Shown piece by piece: positions 23,377 through 34,667 of a DNA stretch of 64,000 nt. The first letter of the stretch is position 1. The number at the start of each line of letters is the position of its first letter. A model generated the notes under the pieces. It made no database searches. It was not told where the DNA came from and worked only from the letters and a program-made list of their open reading frames with translations. Source of the DNA: a virus. The stretch spans positions 32,001 to 96,000 of the IMG/VR virus record IMGVR_UViG_3300020156_000002. The stretch is one strand, 5' to 3'. The translations under genes were made by a program, and so were the position numbers.

Positions 23377-25518
23377 ATGCAAATAATTAAAAAAGATGGG
23401 ACATTAGAAGAATTTGATGAACAAAAAATAATTAATGCAGTTCAAAAATCTGCTAAGAGAATGATGATTGAATTATCTCCTAGTGAATATAGTTTGATTT
23501 GTAATAATGTGTGGCAACAGATTGAAGAAACTGATGATGACATAATTCAAATATCTGAAATTCATAATATGGTAGAATCTGCTTTAGAAGATTTTAATCC
23601 TATTATTGCGAAAAGTTACCGAGATTATAGGAATTATAAAACTGATTTTGTACATATGTTAGATGAGGTTTATAATAAAGCACAATCTATCATGTATATT
23701 GGAGATAAAGATAATGCTAATACAGACAGCGCATTAGTTGCTACAAAAAGAAGCTTAGTTTTTAATGAATTAAACAAGCGATTATATCAAAAATTCTTTT
23801 TAACAACAGAAGAATTAAAAGCTGCTAAAGATGGTTATATTTATATACACGATATGTCTGCCAGAAGAGATACCATGAACTGCTGTTTATTTGATATGAA
23901 GACTGTTATGTCTGGTGGATTTGAAATGGGTAATGTTTGGTATAACGAACCAAATTCGCTGGATACAGCTTTTGATGTAATGGGAGATATTATATTAAGT
24001 ACAGCGGCTCAACAATATGGGGGATTTACCGTACCGGAAGTTGATAAAACATTGGAACCATATGCCGAAAAATCTTATAAGAAATATATAGATGAATATT
24101 TTAATATTGCTAATACTTTAAATACACAAATTAAAGATATTGGGAAATTAGCCAAAGAATATGCTTATGCAAAAATTCAAAGAGATTTTGAACAAGGGTG
24201 GCAGGGAATAGAATACAAACTTAATACAGTTGGATCTTCGAGAGGAGATTACCCTTTTGTAACAATGACTTTTGGACTATCAACATCTAAATTTGGTAAG
24301 ATGGCTTCAATAACATTTCTTAATGTACATAAGAATGGACAAGGGAAAAAAGGAAATAAGAAACCTGTTTTATTTCCTAAATTAGTATTTTTATATGATA
24401 AAGATATACATGGTGAAAATTGTATAAATGAAGATGTATTTGACGCTGGTATTGAATGTAGTATGAAAACTATGTATCCTGATTGGTTGAGTTTAACCGG
24501 AGATGGATATGTACCAAGTATGTATAAAAAATATGGAACTGTAGTGTCACCGATGGGATGTCGTGCATTTTTATCTCCATGGTATGAACGAGGAGGAATG
24601 AATCCAGAAGATGAAAATGATAAAGCAGTATTTGTTGGTAGGTTTAATTTAGGTGCAATAAGTTTACATTTACCTATGATATTAGCAAAGTCCCAACATG
24701 AAAGTAAAGATTTTTATGAAGTATTAGATTATTATCTTGAAATGATTAGAGGACTACATAAAAGAACTTATGAATACTTAGGAGAAATGAGAGCATCGAC
24801 TAATCCATTAGCTTATTGTGAGGGTGGGTTCTATGGGGGTCATTTACAGGCAACAGATAAAATTAAATCAATATTGAAACCAATGACTCTATCTTTTGGA
24901 TTTACGGCTTTAAATGAATTACAAGAATTATATAATAAGAAATCATTAGTAGAAGACGGGATTTTTGCATTAAAAGTAATGGAACATATTAATAATAAAA
25001 TAGCAGAATTTAAAAAAGAAGACGGACTACTATATGCGATATACGCAACTCCGGCTGAAAGTTTATGCGGATTACAAGTTCAACAGTTTAGAAAACAATA
25101 TGGAATAATAGATGGAGTTTCAGACAGAACTTATGTTAGTAATTCATTTCATTGTGCAGTATGGGAAGATATTTCGCCAATACAAAAACAGGACTTGGAA
25201 AATAGATTTTGGAATTTATCTAATGGTGGAAAGATACAATACTGTAAATATCCAATTAATTATAACAAAAAGGCGGTTGTTACTTTAATAAGAAGAGCTA
25301 TGGAAATGGGACTTTATGAAGGAGTAAATTTATCATTGGCTTATTGCGACGATTGTGGACACCAAGAACTTGAAATGGATGTGTGTCCAAAATGTGGAAG
25401 TCATAATTTAACTAAAATAGACCGTATGAATGGTTATTTAGCATTTAGTAGAGTTCATGGAGACACTAGATTAAATAAAGCAAAAATGGATGAAATAGCA
25501 GAAAGGAAGAGCATGTAA
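23377..25518 (+). CDS. nrdD: Anaerobic (class III) ribonucleoside-triphosphate reductase with ATP cone
   Basis: IIKKDG ATP cone, YIHD, NCC, MGCR, ATPAESL, CDDC/CPKC Zn site and RMNGYL glycyl-radical loop. Confidence 0.96.
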   Translation: MQIIKKDGTLEEFDEQKIINAVQKSAKRMMIELSPSEYSLICNNVWQQIEETDDDIIQISEIHNMVESALEDFNPIIAKSYRDYRNYKTDFVHMLDEVYNKAQSIMYIGDKDNANTDSALVATKRSLVFNELNKRLYQKFFLTTEELKAAKDGYIYIHDMSARRDTMNCCLFDMKTVMSGGFEMGNVWYNEPNSLDTAFDVMGDIILSTAAQQYGGFTVPEVDKTLEPYAEKSYKKYIDEYFNIANTLNTQIKDIGKLAKEYAYAKIQRDFEQGWQGIEYKLNTVGSSRGDYPFVTMTFGLSTSKFGKMASITFLNVHKNGQGKKGNKKPVLFPKLVFLYDKDIHGENCINEDVFDAGIECSMKTMYPDWLSLTGDGYVPSMYKKYGTVVSPMGCRAFLSPWYERGGMNPEDENDKAVFVGRFNLGAISLHLPMILAKSQHESKDFYEVLDYYLEMIRGLHKRTYEYLGEMRASTNPLAYCEGGFYGGHLQATDKIKSILKPMTLSFGFTALNELQELYNKKSLVEDGIFALKVMEHINNKIAEFKKEDGLLYAIYATPAESLCGLQVQQFRKQYGIIDGVSDRTYVSNSFHCAVWEDISPIQKQDLENRFWNLSNGGKIQYCKYPINYNKKAVVTLIRRAMEMGLYEGVNLSLAYCDDCGHQELEMDVCPKCGSHNLTKIDRMNGYLAFSRVHGDTRLNKAKMDEIAERKSM

Positions 25519-26024
25519 TGAGGTATCATAATATAACACACGACGATATGAAAAACGGAGATGGATTGCGTGTTGTTTTGTGGGTTTCTGGATGTGATCA
25601 TAAGTGTAAAGGTTGTCAGAATCCGATTACATGGAATCCTAATGACGGATTAGAATTTGATTTAGCAGCTAAAGAGGAGATTTTTTCACAATTGGAAAAG
25701 GAATATATATCTGGAATAACATTTTCTGGTGGTGATCCATTACATGATAACAACTATGAATACGTAAGAAAACTAATACTAGAAATAAAAGAAAAATATA
25801 AAACAAAAACAATATGGCTATATACGGGTTATGCATATAATGATTTATTATGTTTATATCCAGAAAAATATGAAGTAGTAAAATTATGTGATGTTTTAAT
25901 AGATGGTGAATTTGTAGAAGATATATTAGATGTAAATTATCATTGGGCAGGTAGCGTAAATCAAAATGTAATTGATATAAAGAAATCACTAGAGAGAAAA
26001 GAAATTGTCTTGTGGAATAGTTAA
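25518..26024 (+). CDS. nrdG: Anaerobic RNR activating radical-SAM enzyme
   Basis: NGDGLRVVLWVSGCDHKCKGC, GITFSGGDP, IWLYTGY and LIDG motifs. Confidence 0.96.
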   Translation: MRYHNITHDDMKNGDGLRVVLWVSGCDHKCKGCQNPITWNPNDGLEFDLAAKEEIFSQLEKEYISGITFSGGDPLHDNNYEYVRKLILEIKEKYKTKTIWLYTGYAYNDLLCLYPEKYEVVKLCDVLIDGEFVEDILDVNYHWAGSVNQNVIDIKKSLERKEIVLWNS

Positions 26025-27579
26025 TAAATATCTTGATCGATTGACTCTTGAAAGGAGGAATTATGGAATTTGGTAAATATCGTGGAGACGGTGTAATTGC
26101 TTTTGGTATTACAAAACTACCATATGATGAAAAGGAAACTTATCAAAAAGCACAGTATTATTATTCGGGACAAAGATACAATAAAGGATTTCTGTTTCAT
26201 TCTGGAGATTATTATTTAGAAATATTTACAGAAGATTTAAGTGAACTAGATATTGATAATTTTAAATTACAAGATAGAAGAATGAGCAAAGATTATATTA
26301 TGAAAACATATAAGTATTTGTATGTAAGAGTTGTTATACCGCAATAAATCTACTATTTTATCAGCTTTAAGAAAGGAGTAATAATCTATGATTGATAATT
26401 TTATACATGAATTTAACTCATTGGATATAAGAAAAGCAAAACAAGGATGTAAATGTAAGGTGTGCGATAATTCATTAACTGATAAAGACGATATTGTATA
26501 CTTAAAATCGTTCAGGCTATCTGCACAACCATTTCATATTTGTTTAAACTGTTGGAAAAATATAAACGAATTAGTTCAAGAATATCAACAGCAACAAGAG
26601 TAAGCAGATAAAATGTATCTTCTATCACGTTTTAAGAAAGGAAAAATAAATGACTATAAGAGAACAAATAATGAAGGAATGTGAAAACCACAAAACAAAC
26701 TTTCTCCGTATAGATGACTTATACGGGGAAGAGAATGATTATAATGAGGCTAAAAAAGGTGGATATAATTTTCAATCTTGCCCACAATCTTATGAATGTT
26801 TGAAAAATAAAGAAGAACTATGTTATACAGATAATGAATTATCAGAAGATACAATGAAGCAATGTCTACAATGCTAGAAGAACGCATTGGGAGAACAATA
26901 AATATGGTATTCAATTAAATTTTAGGAAGGAGAACTATATGGAAGTATTGATTATAGCAATATCAACATTAGTAGGATATTCACTAATGTCAACAATATT
27001 ATACATATTAACAAAAGAAAATGATGATGTAGCTATTGTCTTTGGATTAGGTGTGGTAGGTGAATTGTTAATATTTATTTGTTGGGTTATACAAAAAACG
27101 TTAAACTGGAATAAATATCACAATAAGCGTTCTATTGTTGAAATTGAATCTACAGGAGAACGAAAGTGGTGCAATCTAAAAGACACTGAAGATATTAGTG
27201 GTTGGTTTAAAGGATATAAACTGGTCAAAAGATATGCTACAAAGGAAGAATGGAAATTATTACAACCATTTGATAAAGAATTTATATTGGCAAGTAAAAG
27301 AAATTGTGATAATTGTATCCATAATGATAAAGAATGTCGTTCAGATGGAACAGGCTTGTGTGATAAAGATTTAGATTACTTTGATAAGTTTGAAAGTAAA
27401 TAAATGCAATATTCAGTTGGGTTTTAGGAGGTTTATATGAAGGTAATATACGGGGTCGACGATTGTAAAATATATCTACTACCAACTATTGATATATCAT
27501 TTGTATTCAAATATGTAGCCATTGAATTTTTAAGCTTTTATATTGAGTTTAATTGGAGCAAATAAATACAGAATTTAAT
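26024..27579 (+). repeat. 18-bp junction palindrome, cluster 3 (one copy between every ORF)
   Basis: Copies: 26024 ATAAAT-ATCTTG-ATCGAT, 26344 ATAAAT-CTACTA-TTTTAT, 26608 ATAAAA-TGTATC-TTCTAT, 26898 ATAAAT-ATGGTA-TTCAAT, 27400 ATAAAT-GCAATA-TTCAGT, 27562 ATAAAT-ACAGAA-TTTAAT. Confidence 0.8.
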
Positions 27580-29159
27580 TACAAATTAAGGAGGTAATCA
27601 TAATTAATATAAGAATCGGAAGTTTTGTGTATTTTAAAAATAATCCAAATAAGAAATATATAGTTGTATCAGAGAAAATAGATAGTATTGAACATGTCAG
27701 AATTCTTGGAATTGTAAGAGTGGGAAGATTAAATATACCATTCTTACGAGTTAGATATGTGTTTGAAAATGCTTTAGTAAAAACAGTTTGTTAAATAAAT
27801 TTAGGTGCCAGAAAGGAGAGTCTATGCCAATTATATTAAAAAGTGATACATATCAAATAATAGAAATTAAAAAGAAAACATCATCCAAATTCTTTAAGAA
27901 TCTGCAATTAGGCAGCTTATTAAAATTTGAAGTTGAGCTAAAACATGTCGGAAGTGGTGACCATGGAACATATATAACCGCAACAAATATAAACACTAAA
28001 GAAACAATTAATAAAACTTTTAACCAGATGGCACGATTGCTTGAAAACTTTGAGCTGGTTAAAGCTAATTCATATCAGGGTTTACAACTGGAACCAACAG
28101 AAAAAGAAATCTTTGGATATACAGAATAGGAGAATAATATGGATATAGACTTCTCGCAAAAATACTACAAAGGGGACATTGTATATCTTGCACGATGCAT
28201 TAACAGTGTAGGAATACAAGAAGTAGTTAAATTAAAACTCCGCACAATAGAGCCTGATTATATGGTAGGATGTACTGAAAAGAGTGTAGTGTTTAATATA
28301 GGTAAAGATTGGATTGGAAATGTGTTTAAAAATAAGAACGAAGCATTTTCATACTTAAAAACTATTACTAAAAAAACATACAAAGAGAAACAAGATGTTC
28401 CTTGTCAATTAGTTGATGAAGACGAGGAAGAAACTGATGATTTAGATTCATACATAGATGGTAATAAAGAGGACGGTGAAGAAAACGAGTAGTTATTTGA
28501 TAACAAATTATAAAGACAAGTACCAATTAAAAGCAGAAATAGATCAAACCACTGGTGATTTCTGTAGAGATGAAAATGGTAATTTAGACAATTATAATGA
28601 CATATGGATTGTTTGTGATGGTAAAGGCAAAGTGTTTCATTTTGGACATTCGACATTGTTATACTATACGTCACGACTTATAAAGGGAAGAAGTATTGTA
28701 AAAGAACTGCAATCATTTGATAAAGATTTAATATTTGACATTGAGGAAACTGACAAAGAAGTGTTATTTAAGTTTAAGGCAAATAACTTTGAAACAATTG
28801 CAAATTATATTAAACCAAAACCTGTTAGAAGTAGAAAAGATAGCGACAAAGAACCAAAAGGATTATCACCATTTTCAACCAAACATTTACGTAAAAAGTG
28901 TATTATACCTACTGAAAAATTAGCATTATATAAAGAAATTACATCTTGTTTAGGCAAAGACAACTTAACTGTTTATAACGAAATTAATAAAGAATTCTTA
29001 GCCGATTTACGTGTCAAATTACATATGTCTGATGATGGTTTTAAAAACAGTATGAAGGGATATAAGGTAAAGGATTACATCTATTCCAGAGGAGAAAAAG
29101 TTTGGGATGACTATATTAATTACATAAAAAACTATTTAGATAACATGGAGGAAAAATAG
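26048..29159 (+). other. Run of hypothetical ORFs (26048-26347, 26388-26603, 26650-26877, 26939-27403, 27788-28129, 28139-28492, 28458-29159 and smaller)
   Basis: ORF track plus RBSs; 26939-27403 has two hydrophobic N-terminal segments. Confidence 0.7.
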
Positions 29160-29160
29160 A

Positions 29161-29592
29161 ATGGAAATTAAAATCAAATATTTTACAGATAAGATAGATA
29201 AACTTAAGTACATTGATGGTAAATCAGATTGGATAGATTTACGTGCTGCTGAAGATATTGAAATGAAAACAGGAGAATTTAAATTAATACCATTAGGAAT
29301 AGCTATGCAATTACCGGAAGGATATGAAGCCCACGTTGTACCCAGAAGCAGTACTTATAAAAATTATGGAATCATTCAAACGAACTCCATGGGTATAATC
29401 GATGAATCTTATTGCGGGGATAATGACCAATGGTTTTTTCCGGCTTATGCTTTAAGGGATACGGTTATTAATATAAATGATAGAATTTGTCAATTTAGAA
29501 TTATTGAGCATCAACTAAGGATTGAATTTAATGAAGTCAAAGAATTAAAAAATAAGAATAGAGGAGGTCATGGAAGCACAGGAAAGAATTAA
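29161..29592 (+). CDS. dut: Trimeric dUTPase
   Basis: [21 protein letters not shown] and RGGHGSTG motifs. Confidence 0.95.
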   Translation: MEIKIKYFTDKIDKLKYIDGKSDWIDLRAAEDIEMKTGEFKLIPLGIAMQLPEGYEAHVVPRSSTYKNYGIIQTNSMGIIDESYCGDNDQWFFPAYALRDTVININDRICQFRIIEHQLRIEFNEVKELKNKNRGGHGSTGKN

Positions 29593-29606
29593 AGTTTTAT
29601 AATAAA

Positions 29607-29727
29607 TAATATTAAACAACACTTGACAAGGTAATATGAATGTGATATTATTAGTTTATCAGCTAGGAACAAAGCTTGTAAACAGAATAATATCACATTT
29701 TTTGTTAATAAGTAATAATAATAAACA
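29607..29727 (+). promoter_or_regulatory. SigmaA-type promoter nested in a terminator-like inverted repeat
   Basis: TTGACA(29623)-17 bp-TATTAT(29646). Perfect 14-bp IR AATGTGATATTATT(29639)/AATAATATCACATT(29686) followed by a T run. TAATA(A/T)TAAACA boxes at 29607 and 29716. Confidence 0.75.
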
Positions 29728-29754
29728 AACAAAACAAGAAAGGAAGCAAAAAGT

Positions 29755-30120
29755 ATGAAATTAAAACATTATGACACTACATTAAATAACACAATAAGAA
29801 TGCTAAATTCTATGGAAATTTTAAGTTTAGATTATACAAAGGCAGATGATTTAGTACATATTAAAGACATTAAAATTCCGCCAGACTATGCAGCTACTCA
29901 ACCATTAGATTATAAGATTCGTAGATATACTAGATTTTTTAAAGCTAAAGGGTATTTAAGTAAGCCAATAGTTGTATTTGTGGAATCTAACGAAAAGGGA
30001 TTACATAACAAATTGATACTAATCGACGGGTATGTTCAGTATTTAATTGCTAAGAAATATGGAATGGAATTTGTACCAGTTAAATACATAGATATTAATG
30101 ACTACATAAACAAAGAGTAA
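29755..30120 (+). CDS. ParB/Srx N-terminal-like domain protein
   Basis: IKDIKIP, KPIVV and LIDGYVQYLIAKKYGMEFVPV pattern. Confidence 0.55.
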   Translation: MKLKHYDTTLNNTIRMLNSMEILSLDYTKADDLVHIKDIKIPPDYAATQPLDYKIRRYTRFFKAKGYLSKPIVVFVESNEKGLHNKLILIDGYVQYLIAKKYGMEFVPVKYIDINDYINKE

Positions 30121-30340
30121 ATAGAAATAATAAACAAAACAAGATTGCATTCGCAATATTTAAGGGGTGGTTAAAATGGTAAACGGAAAAACATTAGAGG
30201 ATGAACTACATTACATTGATGATTTTTTTGATTCTATGGATAGTAAAGAATTTGAAGAAATGTTAATTGAATGCGGCGCAAATGAGATAAAAGGATCATG
30301 TAGTAACTGTACAGATACAAAAGATGTATTTGATTAGGAG

Positions 30341-30925
30341 TTGAAAGGAGAGAAAGAGAGTGTGTGGAAAGATGAATTACATAAAATGCTGCTAGATGGA
30401 ATTGTAACGTTAGTTGATATTGGATTCAATCACATTGAGATAAATGATATTGTTCTTAATAATCGAATGAAAACAACTTTGGGATGTTATTATCATGATA
30501 AAAAACTTATAGAAATTTCAACAAAGCATTTTAAGTATAGTGATAAAGAAGAGGTTATGAACACTATAATTCATGAGTTATCACATAATATATGTGATCT
30601 TAAATACGGTTCTAATATGATTAATAATGGACATTCAAAAGAGTGGGAAGAAATAGCTGAATATATATCGAATAATACAAAATACAAAATCACTCAATAT
30701 TCAGAAGATAACACTAACTTTAAAAGTATACCAAAAACTGAATATTTTATACACTATCTAAAATGTGACGAATGTAATTATACAGATTCATTAATTTCAA
30801 AATTCCAAGACTATGATAAAGTTAAAAAGAAGAAAAAATGCATAGCCTGTGAAGTAGCTAATAATAGAGTTAATTATATGGATTGTATAAAGACATATCA
30901 CGATCATTATAAATATTCAGTATAA
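30341..30925 (+). CDS. SprT-like zinc metalloprotease
   Basis: NNRMKTTLG, TIIHELSH, GHSKEW and C-terminal CxxC pairs. Confidence 0.85.
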   Translation: MKGEKESVWKDELHKMLLDGIVTLVDIGFNHIEINDIVLNNRMKTTLGCYYHDKKLIEISTKHFKYSDKEEVMNTIIHELSHNICDLKYGSNMINNGHSKEWEEIAEYISNNTKYKITQYSEDNTNFKSIPKTEYFIHYLKCDECNYTDSLISKFQDYDKVKKKKKCIACEVANNRVNYMDCIKTYHDHYKYSV

Positions 30926-30968
30926 AATCTAAATTTTATTACCTATTAAAAGAAAGAGAGGATTAATT

Positions 30969-33390
30969 ATGATTACAGTAGATAACAAATTTGAAGTTGG
31001 AGAAAAGGCTTATACGGTATACAGAGTACCAGTTCACTACAAATGTCCTGTGTGCGAAGGAGAAGGTAAATTCGTATATAATGGATATGAAGTACAATGT
31101 AGAAAATGTAGCGGTGGAGGTAAATTACATGATGTACATAACACGCTACTTGCTCCTACAGAAGTAACAGTATCCAGTATTAAAGCATCATATAGTGGTA
31201 CGAACGTTTCTATAAGATATAAAGTATATAGTAGCAAAAATATTAATAGTAGATCACAAGAAACGATGTTTAAAACATTAGAAGAAACTGAAAACTATTG
31301 TAAGTGTGTCAACACAAAAGAAATATCATCGGAGTTTTAAAGCAGAGAAAATGTGTAATTGATTAAAATTTGGAAGGGAGAATTTATGAATTTAATATTT
31401 ATTGGAGCTGAAAGATCAATCGATTTTGTTTCATATGACTTTAATGAAAGTATTACAAAAGCCTTTAAATATAGTGATAATTTAACTATATGGGATGTTG
31501 ATAATAATAGAAGATTATTAGAAGTTTATTGTGAAGAGGGAGATCTCAACAATATTGAAGAAGAATTAATTAACTGTGGGTTGTTTGATAGTCTTCCAGA
31601 AGCAAGAGTTACTTTTGATAATATTAGAAATGAGTACGAAGAAAGATGGAGAAAAAGGGATGAATATTATGAAGATATGGAGTTAAAACAAAATATAGAA
31701 ACATATCTAAAAGTTAAATCCATGATTGACAATGGAGAGTTAAGTATATAGATAAAATGCTTTTATTGGCTTTTAGAAAGGAGATTTATAATTATGTATG
31801 AAGAAATAGAAGAAGAATATCAACAATTCCTATATGATATTCAAGAAGAAGGTTTTATTTTTGGAAGATACTTGGATGAATCTGATTATGAGGATGAATA
31901 TTGCCATAATGACATTGATAAAGCCAAAGATATTTTTGTAAATAAAATAAAAGAGTATCTTAAGTTAAATAGACCATCGGAATATATAGTTACTAGTGGA
32001 TGGTGCATATTTGTTATGACACCAAATAGAGCAAGAGAATCAAGAATATCAGAAAAGACAATTAATGATAGATTGGTCAGGTAATGACGTTAATGTCTGC
32101 AGCAAGAAAGGATAAATAAAAGTGATAACAAAAATAGAGGGAACAAATAACGGTTACGATATTTCTTTAGCTACACCAGAAGAAATCAAAGAATTAAATC
32201 CAAAACATGTTTTTGCTAATAATATTACACTAAGAAAACTCGTTTTAGGTGGAGTATTTTTAAATGCTAATGCTTTTAAAGATAGCATAACTTATACATA
32301 CGTAAAAAGGATTAAGGATGATGTTATATTTGTGAATAAATGGAATTAAGTAAATAAACCAGGGTGATATCAAATATGAAAAGGGAGCAACTATGAATTT
32401 AATAGATTTTCGTGTGACTAAAATTATTTCTGAAGAAAAGGATAAAGTTTATAAGTTGTTTGAAATGACAGAAGACCAGGTAAATGAAATCACTGAATCA
32501 TGGTGGAAGGAATATTTACTTGGCAATGGTATAAAGCAAATATTTGAATATTGGGATGAAAGTGGTATAAACGTTGATGTTAAAATATTTAATCTGGATA
32601 AACAACAGGAGCCATACTATATAGGTTTTGTAGGGCAGCATTAAGTCATGAGAGGAAAGTGCTTATGGATATAAAAGATGCAGTAAAAACAATATGCAAA
32701 AGGAGAGGATAGCTATGAATATATCGTTTAGTAATGGCTTATATATGCAACCTGTAAATGCAACTTATAAAACAAATAATAATACTAGAGGAACCCGTAG
32801 TAAGTACATAGGATATTATTGTCCAATTTGTAAAATTAATCATTGGAGATTAATGAGTGAATCTTATTTAATTAAAGGTGAGTGGTATTGTAAAGAGTCG
32901 ATTGATAAGTTATTGAGAGGAGACGAATGTAATTAGATAGTAGTGGTGATGGAGATTTCTATTCACATAAGATTGAATAAATAAATATGACGAAACGTAA
33001 ATAATATTATACAAAGAAATATAGGAGGACTATTAAATGGACGAGCCTAAATATCCTGACTACATACGAGAACAAATTACAGATGAGTTTCTTATGACAT
33101 TTATGAAAGAACTTGATAACAATTTTAAATGTTATAAGAAGCCAAGACGACCTACATATTGGAATTTTTATCAATGGTTTGATAATTCAATAGGGTTTAA
33201 TGAAGCATTAGAAGCTACTTGTAAATTACATAATTTAAATGAGTTATATCAGTACAAAGAAACATTTTTTAATACAGACATGGATACATACGACGAATTA
33301 GGATGTAGGATAACTGAAATGTTATATGAACGAGGAATTATTGAAGAAGGTGATTCAGATCATGCAATGCCTGTACCTTGGATGGCATAG
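30969..33390 (+). other. Run of hypothetical ORFs; the first (30969-31340) has DnaJ-type CxxCxGxG repeats
   Basis: CPVCEGEG and CRKCSGGG motifs; the others have no recognisable family. Confidence 0.65.
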
Positions 33391-33501
33391 TTCACAAAAG
33401 CTTTTCAAATTAGGCTTTTATTCTGAGTTAAAGAGTTAGGTATTAATAATATAAAACATAAAAAAGGAGAAATTATGCAGAAATGGATTGTCAACAGTTT
33501 T

Positions 33502-34335
33502 CTAGACAACTTTTTTAAGGGTAATCATTCTATACCTCACCGGTGTCAAATATCCTAGTGAAGAATGAATTCTGTGGTTATTGAACCAGTTTACATAATC
33601 AGCAAATTCAATCTGAAGATGATATAAGCTGCTAAAGGTCTGGTTCCTGACGAACTCTGTTTTAATTATTTTAAATGTTGCTTCTGCAACTGCATTATCA
33701 TAAGGACACCCTTTATGGCTGAGAGAGCGTTGAATTTCAAATGCTTTCAGAGTTTCATCAATCGTCTGATTCTTGAATTCGTTACCACGATCCGTATGAA
33801 ATATCTGGATATCTTTCAGATTCCCTTTTACGGACTGAAACGCCTGTTTTACAAGGTCTGCTGTTTTGTTGCGACCTGCACTGTAACCAATTATTTCTCT
33901 ATTAAAGAGGTCAACAAGCACACATATGTAGTTCCAGCTCATGCCGACCCTGACATATGTTAGGTCACTTACAACAATATTTCTATATGGTTGCTGATTG
34001 AATTGACGGTCAACGACGTTTTCAACTTTTGACTCATTGCAGGTATCTTTTTTTGGACGGAACTGAGCAGTCGTATAACTTGAAACAAGTCCTTCCTGCT
34101 TCATAATCCTTCCAATGCGGCGGCGTGAAGCAATTAGATTTCTATCCTTTAAATCGGACTTTATTTTTCGCGTCCCGTAATTACTGCGGCTCGCCTTAAA
34201 TATATCAATTATATTTGCTGTCAGTTCAGATTCGTCCTGCTTGGCTTTTGCTTCGTAGTAATAGGTACTTCTTGAAATTTGTAGGACTCTACACATTGCT
34301 GACACAGAGTATTTGTGGGCATTTGCCTTGATCAC
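33502..34335 (-). CDS. IS3 transposase OrfB (DDE/rve)
   Basis: YGTRKI, VSDLTY, HTDRGNEF, DNAVAEATF and RIHSSLGY motifs. Confidence 0.95.
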   Translation of the reverse strand: MIKANAHKYSVSAMCRVLQISRSTYYYEAKAKQDESELTANIIDIFKASRSNYGTRKIKSDLKDRNLIASRRRIGRIMKQEGLVSSYTTAQFRPKKDTCNESKVENVVDRQFNQQPYRNIVVSDLTYVRVGMSWNYICVLVDLFNREIIGYSAGRNKTADLVKQAFQSVKGNLKDIQIFHTDRGNEFKNQTIDETLKAFEIQRSLSHKGCPYDNAVAEATFKIIKTEFVRNQTFSSLYHLQIEFADYVNWFNNHRIHSSLGYLTPVRYRMITLKKVV

Positions 34336-34337
34336 AT

Positions 34338-34667
34338 TTACTTTCGTCCTAAGATCAGCGCTGCTTGCTTTAAAATATCGTTCTCCATCTTAAGCTGCTG
34401 GTTTTCCTTGCGAAGCCTAAGCAACTCGGCATCTTCTGAAGAGCGGTTATCTTTTTCTTTAAAGGAACCACTGTTATTAGCCTGGGCAATCCATTTATCA
34501 AGGAGTGAACTCGCAATATCGTATTCTCTAATAATATCGCATTTTCTTTTGCCACCTCGATAGAGATCGACGATTTGTTGTTTTAATTCGGGTGTAAATG
34601 TACGGCGTGGTCTTGGTTCTTTGTTTTTAGACATAGGGCAACATCCTTTCCTTATTAGTACTATCAT
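34338..34667 (-). CDS. IS3 transposase OrfA (HTH + leucine zipper)
   Basis: RRTFTPELKQQIV and LRKENQQLKMENDILKQA; the true start is probably the Met of MSKNK. Confidence 0.93.
   Translation of the reverse strand: MIVLIRKGCCPMSKNKEPRPRRTFTPELKQQIVDLYRGGKRKCDIIREYDIASSLLDKWIAQANNSGSFKEKDNRSSEDAELLRLRKENQQLKMENDILKQAALILGRK

Larger units (their letters stand above)
15762..23390 (+). other. Long run of about 30 small hypothetical ORFs, many Cys-rich
   Basis: Head-to-tail ORFs, mostly 40-170 aa, each with an RBS. Several are below the 60-aa cutoff of the ORF track (e.g. 17704-17874, 21642-21812). Confidence 0.75.

Noticed and set aside
6160-25518. Inteins or introns in dnaB, dnaE or nrdD
   Set aside because: Lengths are ordinary, and no C...HN intein boundaries or frame breaks were seen.
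26875-26877. Genome-wide TAG recoding
   Set aside because: Long genes are intact in code 11 and several end in TAG; this is a single case.
31752-31766. Additional junction site ATAAAA-TGC-TTTTAT (also weak candidates near 20150 and 32353)
   Set aside because: The core is 3 bp rather than 6, or the arms are too degenerate for AT-rich DNA; not counted, though the position fits a decayed copy.
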